64,000 bases of DNA from Gemmatimonadota bacterium (lineage in GTDB: Bacteria > Gemmatimonadota > Gemmatimonadetes > Gemmatimonadales > GWC2-71-9), in assembly GCA_041487875.1 (NCBI GenBank), contig JBGPOE010000006.1, forward strand, positions 11,913 through 75,912, read 5' to 3'. Position numbers and translations under genes: made by a program. Positions 39,746 through 49,126 of the stretch are shown here, piece by piece; the stretch's first letter is position 1; each line of letters starts with the position of its first letter. The notes beneath the pieces are model-generated. The model did no database searches. It had not been told where the DNA came from and worked only from the letters and a program-made list of their open reading frames with translations.

Positions 39746-41496
39746 CAGGGCAGCCCCTGGCGCCGGCGCCATGCCCACTCCGCCGTGAACGCGAGGATCG
39801 CCACCGCGAACAACCACCAGCGATCGCGCAAGCCCACGCTCTCCGCGCGCGCGGGGGCGGCGCCGGGCTGCGCGCGCAACGTCGCGGCGCCGGGGCGCCA
39901 TTCGTCGCTGTAGATCTCGACCGCCACCAAACCGCGCTCCGGCCCGCCCGCGAGCGCGTAGCGGTACACCCCAGGCGGCAACCGCAGCTCCGCCCGTCCG
40001 GTGGCATCGAATCGCAGTGTGTCCGTGCGGAGAACAGCACCGCTTTCGAGCTGGACTGCGAGGTCGCGCGCTTCCCCCGTTCCGGTCCAGCGCCACCCCA
40101 GCGGCAGTCCGTTCGCGACGGCGAGTGTGATCGGCACGGCCCGCTCCCTGCTCCCCGCTCCCCGTTCCCCGATCAGCCAGTCCGCCAGTCCCGCGACTAA
40201 CGCCCGATACGCCTCTGCGCTCGCGCCGCCGCGGAAGCCCCAGCGCCATAGGCCGTCGGCCGTGACGGTGGCCGTGCGTCGCCCGCCCCGCTCGCGCAGC
40301 AGGACGATCGGTCGCGCCACGCCGCGGCGGCCGAGGCTCGCCGACAGCGCCACGATCATACTCGTGTCCGGCGTCACCGGCTGCACGCCGGTCACGGGCG
40401 GCAGCGAGTCCCACGCCACGCCGGCGAGCGCTCCCGCGAGTGGCGACAGCGGGGCGGGCGCGGCGTACCAATCGCCTGGCGCGCCAGGCGCCGCGGGCCA
40501 CGCGAGGACGTTGCCCGCGGGTTGCAGCGCGGTGAACCGCCCGGGCTCGCCGACGAGTGCCACCAGCCGCGCCGCGGCGACGGCGCGCGCCACCGAGCCC
40601 GGCGACGCCGGCGCGAGCGTGGCGCCGTCGCGCCAGCCGCCACCACGCTCGGGCTGGACGTACACCTTCACCGGGACCCGCGCCACGTCACCCAGCGTGC
40701 GGGCGAGGAAGCGGGACTCCCAGTCGGGCGGCGCGGCGAGAATTACGGCGGCGGGCTCGGGGCTCACGTCCACCAGGAACAAGCGGACATCGTCGCGCGA
40801 CTCGGCATCCGCGGACCCGGCGAGCGCCACGTCGAGCGCAAACCACCCGGCGGGCAGCCGCGCGGCCGGCAACGACAAGTCGAACGCGATCGTCCCGCTA
40901 TCGGGCAGGGTGATCGAGCGTGACATGAGTACACGTCCCGCAAGCCGGATCTCGACGCGGGCCGCGTTCCCCTTTCCCCCTTCCCCCTTCCCCGACGTTC
41001 CGACGGTGACTCGCAAGGCGATCGTGTCCTTCATCCCCACGTGCCGCGTGCCCTCTACTCCCGCGACGTACGCATCCGCGAATACGGGCCGCGCAAGCAT
41101 GACCACGTGCGGTACCCGTTGCAAGTCGGCGGGAAGATCCAACGCATCGGTGAGCTCGCCGTCGGTGACGATCGCGACCGGCCCGCCGCGCGCCGCCGCG
41201 GCGGCGAGCGCCGGACCGAGCCGGCTCGCGCCGTCCGTGGGCGGCGCGGTGTCGAACGGGGCGATGCGGGCTCCGAAGCGCCAGATCACGCCGCCGTGCG
41301 CCAGCGCGCGCGCTGTGTCCAACGCCGCAGCCCAGCGGCCGCCGTGTCCCGCGAGCGAGAGCGAGGCATCGAGCAGCACTAACGGACGCGCGACGCTCGC
41401 GGCGGGCGCGCGGATGCCCGGATTCCAGAGGAGGAGCAGCAGCGCCGCGACACCTACCACCCGCAGCGCCAGGAATCCCACGGCTAGCCGGCGCAT
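39745..41496 (-). CDS. Membrane protein with N-terminal vWA-like (MIDAS DxSxS) domain (hypothetical)
   Basis: ORF 39745..41496, 583 aa. N-terminal TM LRVVGVAALLLLLW; LVLLDASLSL (DxSxS) and VAIVTDGE; C-terminal TM WWLFAVAILAF. Carries two heptamer-repeat tracts. Confidence 0.65.
   Translation of the reverse strand: MRRLAVGFLALRVVGVAALLLLLWNPGIRAPAASVARPLVLLDASLSLAGHGGRWAAALDTARALAHGGVIWRFGARIAPFDTAPPTDGASRLGPALAAAAARGGPVAIVTDGELTDALDLPADLQRVPHVVMLARPVFADAYVAGVEGTRHVGMKDTIALRVTVGTSGKGEGGKGNAARVEIRLAGRVLMSRSITLPDSGTIAFDLSLPAARLPAGWFALDVALAGSADAESRDDVRLFLVDVSPEPAAVILAAPPDWESRFLARTLGDVARVPVKVYVQPERGGGWRDGATLAPASPGSVARAVAAARLVALVGEPGRFTALQPAGNVLAWPAAPGAPGDWYAAPAPLSPLAGALAGVAWDSLPPVTGVQPVTPDTSMIVALSASLGRRGVARPIVLLRERGGRRTATVTADGLWRWGFRGGASAEAYRALVAGLADWLIGERGAGSRERAVPITLAVANGLPLGWRWTGTGEARDLAVQLESGAVLRTDTLRFDATGRAELRLPPGVYRYALAGGPERGLVAVEIYSDEWRPGAATLRAQPGAAPARAESVGLRDRWWLFAVAILAFTAEWAWRRRQGLP
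40143..40170. repeat. Heptanucleotide repeat GCTCCCY x3 + GTTCCCC inside the vWA-like gene
   Basis: GCTCCCT GCTCCCC GCTCCCC GTTCCCC (coding strand GGGGAAC GGGGAGC GGGGAGC AGGGAGC). Encodes GERGAGSRE. Confidence 0.85.
40967..40993. repeat. Heptanucleotide repeat TTCCCCY x3.9 inside the vWA-like gene
   Basis: TTCCCCT TTCCCCC TTCCCCC TTCCCC. Encodes GKGEGGKG. 26 of 27 nt identical to the comEC tract 24584..24610. Confidence 0.85.
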
Positions 41497-42173
41497 GCGA
41501 GCGCCTCGGCGAGTGTGAAGCGCTTCTCGAGCAACGCGCGACCCACCACGACGCCGGCGATACCGGCCTCGCGTGCCCGGCGCAGGTCGTCGAGCGACGC
41601 GACGCCGCCGCTCACGATCACGTCGAGCCCCACGGCCGCCACGGCGCGGGCAGCGGCCACGTCGAGCCCTGCCAGCGCACCGTCGCGCGCCGCATCGGCG
41701 TAGACGACGGTGCGCACACCGGCCGCGGCGAGTCGCGCCGCGAGCTCGAGGGGCGTCGCGTTCCAGCGCGCGCCCGAGGCGCGATCGGCCACGCGGCCAT
41801 CGCGCACGTCGATCCCCACGGCGATCCGCTCGGCGCCATGGCGGGCGAGCAGTTCCGCCACGAGCGCGGGGTCGAGCGCACCCCGCGGCCCAAGCACCAC
41901 GCGCGCCGCGCCCGCCCCGAACGCGGCGGCGATGTCCGCGGCGTCCGTCACGCCGCCGCCCAACTGCACGCGGACCCCGGGCGTCGCGAGGAGCGCGGTC
42001 ATGAGCTGGGCGTTATCGCCGCGGCCCGCGGCCCGGTCCAGGTCGACGACGTGCAGCCAGCGGACGCCGGCGCGCGCGAAGTCTCGCGCCCGCGCGAGCG
42101 GCTCGGCGCGCGCGCCGTCCGGGGCGCGCGCCAGGCGCCCGCCCTGCACGTCGATGGCGGGATAGAGGTCCAC
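41484..42173 (-). CDS. hisA: HisA/PriA-like (beta/alpha)8 phosphoribosyl isomerase
   Basis: ORF 41484..42173, 229 aa: MDLYPAIDVQGGRLAR...LHVVDLD...VQLGGGV...VIVSGGV. No other his genes are in the window. Confidence 0.75.
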   Translation of the reverse strand: MDLYPAIDVQGGRLARAPDGARAEPLARARDFARAGVRWLHVVDLDRAAGRGDNAQLMTALLATPGVRVQLGGGVTDAADIAAAFGAGAARVVLGPRGALDPALVAELLARHGAERIAVGIDVRDGRVADRASGARWNATPLELAARLAAAGVRTVVYADAARDGALAGLDVAAARAVAAVGLDVIVSGGVASLDDLRRAREAGIAGVVVGRALLEKRFTLAEALACAG

Positions 42174-42188
42174 GGGATTGTGGGGAAA

Positions 42189-43457
42189 CTAATCGACCTT
42201 GGCCGGACCGTTCGCTGCGAGTGCCCGCGGCGGATCGAGCAGCGCCGCCAGGAGGGCGCGCGCATGGTCGTAGTCGGCCCGCTCGGCGGGGGGCACCGGC
42301 TGCCCCGCGCCCGCATCCTTGCGCTGCGGGTTCTTGGCGTGGCCGTTCACGAGGAATTCGTAATGCAGGTGCGGTCCCGTCGAGAGGCCCGTCGAGCCCA
42401 CATAGCCGATGGTCTCGCTCTGCGCCACGCGCTGCCCCACATGGAGGCCGGCCGCGTACTTGGAGAGGTGGCCGTAACGGGTGCGAATGCCGTTGGCGTG
42501 ACGGAGCTCGAGGTAGTTGCCGTACCCCTCCGCCTCGTACGCGATGCGCGAAACGATGCCGTCCGCCGTGGCGCGCACCGGCGTGCCGTAGGCCGCGGAA
42601 AAGTCGATTCCCTCGTGATTGCGATAGCGATGCAAAATGGGATGATAGCGGTTGCCGAAGCCGCTCGAGATGCGGCGGAACTGCAGCGGCGCGCGCAGGA
42701 AGGCGCGCTTGAGCGAGCGGCCCTGATCGTCGTAGAAGCCCACGTGGGCCGAATCGAGCGCGAATCGGAACGCCAGGCTGGGGGTCTTCCCCGCATCGAT
42801 GCGCGCGGCCAGGACGCCGCGCACGCGCCGCTCGCCGTCGGGCGACACGCGCCGCTCGAACACGACCTCGAAGCGGTCACCTGGATGGACGTCGCGGGTG
42901 AAGTCCACTTCCCAGTCGTACACGTCGGCGATGTCCCAGGCGAGCGCCACGCGCTCGGCCGCCGGCAGGAGCGAATCGGCGATGACGCCGTCGAGCGCGT
43001 CATACAGCGACGTGGCGATCGCGCCCACGGCGCGCAGCGTGTCCACCGTCCAGGCGATCAACTCGTCATGCTCGACCCATCCCGAATCGGCGCCGCGGCG
43101 CACCAGCCGCACGCGGCGATCGGCGCCGGGCCGCAGCATCACGCGATCGGCGGCCGAGTCGCCACGCACGCGACGGAAATGGAACGCGAGCCCGGGCCGC
43201 AGCCGGCGGACGTCGAGCCCCCGTGCCGCCGCCAGGAAGTCCGCGTAGTCGCGTCCCACGATGCCGCCGCGCCGCAGCACGTCGGACAGCGTCTCGCGCG
43301 GGCCAAGCGTCTCGCTGAACTCCTCGTAGGCGCTCGCCACCTGGATGGGCGCGGCCGTGAGCGGACGGCGCCCGGACCACGCGGCGTGCGTGGCCCACGT
43401 GAGGGCGCCGGCGACGAGGACCGTCGCCGCGGTGTAATGCGAGGCGCGCCAGGCCAT
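42189..43457 (-). CDS. M23/LytM-family metalloendopeptidase
   Basis: Last 422 codons of ORF 42189..44318 starting [21 protein letters not shown] (N-terminal anchor). Catalytic motifs HEGIDF and GPHLHYE. The ATG overlaps the ftsZ stop by 1 nt (TGATG). Confidence 0.88.
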   Translation of the reverse strand: MAWRASHYTAATVLVAGALTWATHAAWSGRRPLTAAPIQVASAYEEFSETLGPRETLSDVLRRGGIVGRDYADFLAAARGLDVRRLRPGLAFHFRRVRGDSAADRVMLRPGADRRVRLVRRGADSGWVEHDELIAWTVDTLRAVGAIATSLYDALDGVIADSLLPAAERVALAWDIADVYDWEVDFTRDVHPGDRFEVVFERRVSPDGERRVRGVLAARIDAGKTPSLAFRFALDSAHVGFYDDQGRSLKRAFLRAPLQFRRISSGFGNRYHPILHRYRNHEGIDFSAAYGTPVRATADGIVSRIAYEAEGYGNYLELRHANGIRTRYGHLSKYAAGLHVGQRVAQSETIGYVGSTGLSTGPHLHYEFLVNGHAKNPQRKDAGAGQPVPPAERADYDHARALLAALLDPPRALAANGPAKVD

Positions 43458-44626
43458 CAGTCCATCTGCCGCCGGATGAAGGTGGGAATCTCCATTTCGC
43501 TCACGTCGGACGGCGCCAGCGGTTGGGCCGTGGGCCGGCGCGCGGGCTCGGCGGGCTTGGCATAGCCCGGCGGCGGCACCGGCGTCGGCCGGGCGGGCCG
43601 CTCGCGGAACGGCAGGACGCCCGGTGCCGCGCGTCCGGGGGCGGCGGTGGCGTCGGCCTGCTGGCCGCTCTTGTCGAACCCGGTGGCGATCACGGTGACG
43701 CGCAGTTCGCCGTGCATGGCCGGATCGGACGCGTGCCCCCAGATGATCTCGGCGTCGTCGCCCGCCGCGTCGTGAATCGCCTCGCTGATCTGCGTCACTT
43801 CGCCCAGCGTCACATCTTCGCCGCCCGTGATGTTGATGAGCACGCCGGTGGCGCCCGCGATCGAAATGTTGTCGAGCAGCGGCGACGAAACCGCCTGCTG
43901 CGCCGCTTCCATCGCGCGGTTCTCGCCGCGGCCGGTGCCGGTGCCCATGAGCGCCGAGCCGCCGTTCTGCATGATCGTGCGCACGTCGGCGAAGTCCACG
44001 TTCACGATGCCCGTCTTCACCACCAGGGCCGCGATGCCCTGCGTCGCGTGCAGCAACACCTCGTCCGCCTTCTTGAGGGCGTCCTGGAACGGGATCCCCT
44101 TCCCCACCACGGCGAGCAGCCGCTCGTTGGGGACGACGATCATGGTGTCCACGTTCTTGCGCATCTCGGCGATGCCCATTTCGGCCTGGCGCATCCGCTT
44201 GCGTCCCTCGAACAGGAACGGCTTGGTCACGATGCCGATGGTGAGCGCGCCCATGTCGCGCGCGGTCTGCGCGATGATCGGCGCCGCGCCGGTGCCGGTG
44301 CCGCCGCCCATGCCGCACGTGACGAAGACGAGGTCCGCCCCCTGGATGGCGTGCAGCACTTCGTCGCGGTTTTCTTCGATCGCCTGGCGGCCGATCTCCG
44401 GCCGCGCCCCCGCTCCCAGCCCGCGCGTGAGCCGCTTGCCGATTTGTACCTTCACGTCGGCCTTGTTGTTCATGAGGGCCTGCGCATCGGTGTTGACCGA
44501 GATGAACTCGACGCCCTGCAGTTGCTCGTCGATCATCCGATTCACGGCGTTGCCGCCGCCGCCGCCGACGCCGACCACCTTCATCCGCGCGTTCTGCGCC
44601 ACGGTCTCTTCGAGCTCGAAGATCAT
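43457..44626 (-). CDS. ftsZ: Cell division protein FtsZ
   Basis: ORF 43457..44626, 389 aa: [21 protein letters not shown], and C-terminal peptide EIPTFIRRQ. Confidence 0.97.
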   Translation of the reverse strand: MIFELEETVAQNARMKVVGVGGGGGNAVNRMIDEQLQGVEFISVNTDAQALMNNKADVKVQIGKRLTRGLGAGARPEIGRQAIEENRDEVLHAIQGADLVFVTCGMGGGTGTGAAPIIAQTARDMGALTIGIVTKPFLFEGRKRMRQAEMGIAEMRKNVDTMIVVPNERLLAVVGKGIPFQDALKKADEVLLHATQGIAALVVKTGIVNVDFADVRTIMQNGGSALMGTGTGRGENRAMEAAQQAVSSPLLDNISIAGATGVLINITGGEDVTLGEVTQISEAIHDAAGDDAEIIWGHASDPAMHGELRVTVIATGFDKSGQQADATAAPGRAAPGVLPFRERPARPTPVPPPGYAKPAEPARRPTAQPLAPSDVSEMEIPTFIRRQMD

Positions 44627-44645
44627 GGTGTGCCCCGGCCCCCGA

Positions 44646-45902
44646 TCAAAAGAAGTCCTGCAGCCATCGCTTCAACGGTCCGAACCACCGGTCCACGCCG
44701 GCGCCGCCGGCGAGCGTCCCGCTGCTCGGCGCGCCCTGCGCCACCTGCCGTGCCGCGTACAGCGCCAGTCCCACCGGGACGGCGTAGCGCGGCGCCTGCA
44801 CGCTGTCCACCAGCCCCGCGATTCCCAGCTCGGGCGTGCCCGCGCGCACCGGCACCGCGAACACCTCGCGCGCCAGCTCCACGATACCCGGGAGCTGCGC
44901 CGTGCCGCCCGTCAGCACCACGCCGGCGGGCAGCTTGCCGCCGCCGTAGCCGGCCCGGTCGAACTCGCGCTCCACCAGGCGCAGAATTTCGTCCACTCGC
45001 TGGTGGATGATGTGCGCCAACAGCTGCCGCGCCGCGCGCCGCGTGCCCTGCCCCGGCGTGGACGGCAGGTCGATCATCTCCGCCGGATCGACCAGCGGCT
45101 CGTACGCCACGCCCTGCCGCTCTTTCAACCGCTCGGCGTCGGCCTGCGTGACGCTCAAGCCCTGCGTCACGTCGCTCGTCACGTGCGTGCCCGCGAACTG
45201 CACGGTCGCCAGGTGGCGGATCTTGCCCTCGTGAAATACCGAGACGTTGGTGGCCGAGCCGCCGATTTCCACCAGCGCGACACCCAGCTCCCGCTCGTCC
45301 TCGGTCAACACGGCGTCGGCCGCCGCCAGCGCCTCGGGCACGAGGTCCGTCACCTTGTACCCCGCGCGCTCCACACTCTTGCGCAGGTTCTGCGCCGCGG
45401 TCGCCTGCACGCTCACGAGGTACATCTCCACCTCGAGCCGCATCCCGGTCATGCCGATCGGGTCGCGGATGCCGCGCTGCTGGTCGACCTTGTACTCCTG
45501 CGGGATGTGGAGCAGCAGCTCGTGATCCCGCCCCAGCGACACCGCGCGCGCCACCTGCTGGGCTCGCGCCACGTCGGCCTCGCCGATCTCGTCGCCGTTC
45601 ACGGCGACGACGCCGGACGACACGCGCGCCTGCACGTGGTCGCCCGCGATGCCGCACGTCACGCCGCCGACCTTCACACCCGCCATGCGCTCGGCGTCGC
45701 GCAGCGCCGCGACGATCGAGCGCGTCGTTTCCTCGATGTCGCGCACCACGCCGCGCCGCACGCCGGCGTTCTTCGCGAGCCCCACGCCCAGGATCTTCGC
45801 CACCGGCGAGCGCGGCAGGTCGCCCGTCACTTCGGCGATCACGGCGCACGTCTTGGTGCTGCCGACGTCCAATCCGGCGACGAGCTGCCGTTCCCGGCTC
45901 AC
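44646..45902 (-). CDS. ftsA: Cell division protein FtsA
   Basis: Last 418 codons of ORF 44646..46529 starting [22 protein letters not shown]. Actin-like fold motifs and a C-terminal amphipathic [16 protein letters not shown] overlaps the ftsQ stop (GTGA). Confidence 0.94.
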   Translation of the reverse strand: MSRERQLVAGLDVGSTKTCAVIAEVTGDLPRSPVAKILGVGLAKNAGVRRGVVRDIEETTRSIVAALRDAERMAGVKVGGVTCGIAGDHVQARVSSGVVAVNGDEIGEADVARAQQVARAVSLGRDHELLLHIPQEYKVDQQRGIRDPIGMTGMRLEVEMYLVSVQATAAQNLRKSVERAGYKVTDLVPEALAAADAVLTEDERELGVALVEIGGSATNVSVFHEGKIRHLATVQFAGTHVTSDVTQGLSVTQADAERLKERQGVAYEPLVDPAEMIDLPSTPGQGTRRAARQLLAHIIHQRVDEILRLVEREFDRAGYGGGKLPAGVVLTGGTAQLPGIVELAREVFAVPVRAGTPELGIAGLVDSVQAPRYAVPVGLALYAARQVAQGAPSSGTLAGGAGVDRWFGPLKRWLQDFF

Positions 45903-46597
45903 GCGCTGGGCCTCCGGCGCACCACCACCTGCCCGGCGTAGCGCGCGTCCAGCTCGATATACGGCCGTCCGCGGGCCGCCAAGTCCTGCGCCACAAGCAC
46001 CACCGCCCGAATGACCTCCGGGCCGGCATCGCGCCGGATCAACACGCGACGGGCCCCCCATTCCACGAGAACATCGCCACGCCCGTACGATCGCGCGGCG
46101 GTGACTTCCTCGAACAACGCCGGCTCCACCGCCTGCATCAGCGCCAGCACGCCGACGACACCCGAGTCGGCCGTCGCGGCGATCGGCAAGTCGAGGCCCG
46201 CCCGCGCCGGGTCGAACGGCAACGGCCGCCCCGCCGCGTCGACCACCACCATACCGTGCGGGCCGGGCACCAGCGCCGCGGGCTCCACTTCCCGCACCAC
46301 CACACGGAGCGCGCCCGGCAACCGCCGCTGCACGCGGGCATCGCTCACACCGTGCAGCCGCCGCACGCGCTCGGCTGGCGCGCCGAGATCGTCGAACGTG
46401 CTCGCCGTCGAGTCGAGCCGCAGCGCCGCGAGCACGGCGTCCGGCGCGAGATTGCGGAGCCCCACCAGCTCGATCTCGCGCACGCGGAAAAACCGCACGC
46501 GTCGCAGCGCATACGGCGCGCCCAGCCACAGCAGCGCCAGGACCACGAGTGCTGCGCCGATCCAGGCGGCGCGCGGCCAGGCGCCCGGCCGCCGCAT
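45899..46597 (-). CDS. ftsQ: Cell division protein FtsQ (POTRA domain)
   Basis: Last 232 codons of ORF 45899..47404 starting MRRPGAWPRAAWIGAALVVLALLWLG (TM), followed by FFRVREIELVGLRNL (POTRA-like). Position is between murC and ftsA. Confidence 0.82.
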   Translation of the reverse strand: MRRPGAWPRAAWIGAALVVLALLWLGAPYALRRVRFFRVREIELVGLRNLAPDAVLAALRLDSTASTFDDLGAPAERVRRLHGVSDARVQRRLPGALRVVVREVEPAALVPGPHGMVVVDAAGRPLPFDPARAGLDLPIAATADSGVVGVLALMQAVEPALFEEVTAARSYGRGDVLVEWGARRVLIRRDAGPEVIRAVVLVAQDLAARGRPYIELDARYAGQVVVRRRPSA

Positions 46598-47973
46598 CAC
46601 GCCCGCTTCCCCAAGATACCTAGAAGCTCGGGGCCGACGCGGGTCACGTCCCCCGCCCCCAGCGTGAACACGACGTCCCCCGGCCGGACCGCCTCCGCCA
46701 CGGCGGTACCGAGCGCCGCGCGCTCGCGCACCGCCGTGATGGGCGCGCCCCCGCGGGCCGCGCCGCGCGCCACCAAGTCCGCCGTCACTCCGGGCACCGC
46801 TTGCTCGCGCGCGCCGTAGATCGGCGCCACCACCACCAGGTCCGCGGCCGCCAGCGCGCGCCCCAGCGCGTCGCCGTGCAGGGCGGTGCGCGAAAACAAG
46901 TGCGGTTGAAAGACCGCCACCACCCGCCGCCCGGGAAACGCCTGCCGCGCAGCCGCCAGCGTCGCCGCCACTTCGCTCGGATGGTGAGCGTAGTCGTCCA
47001 CCACCGTCACACCCGCCGCCTCGCCCACCTGCTCGAACCGCCGGCCGACGCCCGAGAATTCCGCGAGGGCGTGCGCACAAGCTTCGAGGTTCGCATCCAA
47101 TGCCGCCGCCACCGCCAGCGCGACGGCCGCATTGCGCAGGTTGTGCACGCCCAGCACGCGCAGCGCGAGCCGGACTGTCCGCCCGCCGGGGAGCGCGATC
47201 GTCGCCCGCGATCCCGCGGTCCCGAGATCGGGATCGCCGATGCGCACATCGGCGTCCGCGCCGAGCCCGACGCGCCAGACCGGCACACCCACGCGCGCCG
47301 CCACACGCAGCGCCCCCGCGTCGTCGCCGCCCGCGACCACGCGTCGCGCGCGGCTGGCGAACTCCACGAACGCATCCTCGAGCGCCGCCACCGAGCCGTA
47401 ACACTCGAGGTGGTCGGCCTCGACGTTATTCACCACAGCCACCGTCGGCGCGAGCGACAGAAACGCGCGGTCGTATTCGTCCGCCTCGACCACGTACAGC
47501 GCATCCGACCCGAAGCGCGCGTTGCCGCCCCAACTAGCGACACGGCCGCCGGCGAGTCCCGTAGGATTTCGCCCGGCGGCCGCCAGCGCCTCCGTGACCA
47601 TCACCGTGGTGGTCGTCTTGCCGTGGGTCCCGGCTACCGCCACCAGCGTGCCGTTCCCCACAACCTGGCCGAGAGCATCGGCCCGGCGCACCACGGGAAT
47701 CCCCTCGGCGCGCGCCCGCTCGAGCTCGGGGTGATCCCGGGCTACTGCCGCAGTCACGACAACGGCCCGTGCCCCATCCACATGGCGGGGATCGTGTCCC
47801 CGCCAAACTTGAACTCCCAAAGCTGCCAGATCGGCTGCCCCGGAAGTGTCTATGTCACAACCAGTTACAATTGCACCGCGGTGTTTGGCCAGCAGCGCCA
47901 AGGCGCTCATCCCCGCTCCGCCGACACCCATGAAATGAATGGGCCGGGGATCCCCCGGTGCAAATAAGGTCAT
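46597..47973 (-). CDS. murC: UDP-N-acetylmuramate--L-alanine ligase
   Basis: ORF 46597..47973, 458 aa: IHFMGVGGAGMSALA and GTHGKTTTT. Confidence 0.95.
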   Translation of the reverse strand: MTLFAPGDPRPIHFMGVGGAGMSALALLAKHRGAIVTGCDIDTSGAADLAALGVQVWRGHDPRHVDGARAVVVTAAVARDHPELERARAEGIPVVRRADALGQVVGNGTLVAVAGTHGKTTTTVMVTEALAAAGRNPTGLAGGRVASWGGNARFGSDALYVVEADEYDRAFLSLAPTVAVVNNVEADHLECYGSVAALEDAFVEFASRARRVVAGGDDAGALRVAARVGVPVWRVGLGADADVRIGDPDLGTAGSRATIALPGGRTVRLALRVLGVHNLRNAAVALAVAAALDANLEACAHALAEFSGVGRRFEQVGEAAGVTVVDDYAHHPSEVAATLAAARQAFPGRRVVAVFQPHLFSRTALHGDALGRALAAADLVVVAPIYGAREQAVPGVTADLVARGAARGGAPITAVRERAALGTAVAEAVRPGDVVFTLGAGDVTRVGPELLGILGKRA

Positions 47974-47985
47974 CTGTGGGGAGCT

Positions 47986-48013
47986 AATATAGCAAACTGC
48001 TTACACTTGCGAA
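47986..48013 (-). promoter_or_regulatory. Candidate promoter TTCGCA-16-TGCTATATT, 12 nt upstream of the murC ATG
   Basis: Minus strand reads CTTTCGCAAGTGTAAGCAGTTTGCTATATTAGCTCCCCACAGATG, in the AT-richest gap of the window (47974-48024). Extended -10 TGn present. No Shine-Dalgarno. Confidence 0.55.
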
Positions 48014-48024
48014 AGAGCGGGCGG

Positions 48025-49110
48025 TCACGAAACCAGCGTCAAAATCCGCGTCGCGATGTCGCGCGCGGCGTGCGGGCGGCCGCGCTCACGGGCGCGCGCG
48101 GCGAGTGCGGTGAGTCGCGCGGAGTCCTTGATCAGGCCGGCGATCACCTGCGCGAGCCGTACGTGGGTCAGCTCCGCTTCCGGCACCACCATCGCGGCGC
48201 CCGCGGCCTCGAGGGCCCGCGCGTTGATCATCTGGTGGTCGGCGGCCGCCGACGGCAACGGCACCAGCACACTCGGCTTCCCCCAGGCGCACAATTCGGC
48301 AGTCGTCATCGCCCCCGCGCGGCTGACGACCAGGTCCGCCGCGCGATACACCGTGGTCATGGGATCGAAGAACCCTTGCACCACCACGCGGCCCGGCTGC
48401 GCGTGCCCCGCGCAGTTCTCCAACTGGGTGGCGCCCGTGCCCCAGATCACGTTCACGTCGCGGAGCAGTCCGTGCTCGAGCGCGGCCGCGACCGCGTAGT
48501 TCAACGCACGCGCGCCCTGACTGCCGCCGAACACGAGCACGGTGGGCCGGGCGGGATCCACGCCCAGCGCGCGACAGGCGGCGCCGCGGTCGCCACGATC
48601 AGGCGGGCGGATCGGGTTGCCGAGCGCGAACACCGCCGTGTCGCGACCGGGATGCAGACGCTCGCGCGCCTCGGGGAAGCCCAAGTGGATTTGGCGGGCG
48701 TGACGGGCAAGCCAGCGGGTGGTGACGCCCGGGAAAGCGTTTTGCTCCTGGATCGCCGTGGCCAAGCCCGCGCGCTGCGCGCGCCACACCACCGGGCCCG
48801 CGGCATAGCCGCCCGTGCCCACCACCACCGCGGGCTGTTCGCGCGCGAGCAGGGCGCCCACGCGCCGCCACACGCCCCAGGCGAGAAACGGCCAGCGGAC
48901 GTTGCGCCACCACTGCCGGCGGTACATCGGCTCGATGGGCAAGAGCGTGAAGCGAAACGGATAGCGCGGCAGAATGCTCGCTTCGATGCCGCGCTCGGCT
49001 CCGACCATCACGGGCTCGACGCCGGCGCGCGCGTCCCGCAGCGCGAGCGCGAGCGCGAGCGCGGGCATGAGATGGCCGCCAGTGCCTCCCCCCGCGATCA
49101 GAATCTTCAT
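48025..49110 (-). CDS. murG: UDP-N-acetylglucosamine--N-acetylmuramyl-(pentapeptide) pyrophosphoryl-undecaprenol N-acetylglucosamine transferase
   Basis: 361-aa part of ORF 48025..49143 starting MKILIAGGGTGGHLMPALALA (canonical MurG N-terminus). Confidence 0.94.
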   Translation of the reverse strand: MKILIAGGGTGGHLMPALALALALRDARAGVEPVMVGAERGIEASILPRYPFRFTLLPIEPMYRRQWWRNVRWPFLAWGVWRRVGALLAREQPAVVVGTGGYAAGPVVWRAQRAGLATAIQEQNAFPGVTTRWLARHARQIHLGFPEARERLHPGRDTAVFALGNPIRPPDRGDRGAACRALGVDPARPTVLVFGGSQGARALNYAVAAALEHGLLRDVNVIWGTGATQLENCAGHAQPGRVVVQGFFDPMTTVYRAADLVVSRAGAMTTAELCAWGKPSVLVPLPSAAADHQMINARALEAAGAAMVVPEAELTHVRLAQVIAGLIKDSARLTALAARARERGRPHAARDIATRILTLVS

Positions 49111-49126
49111 CCTCGCTCGCCTCGCA

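Noticed and set aside
42174-42194. TAGTTT upstream of the hisA-like gene as another leaderless-type promoter.
   Set aside because: It has no TGn extension and no -35-like hexamer at 16-18 nt. It sits 12 nt from a GTG start and overlaps the M23 stop codon (TAG). The evidence is too weak.
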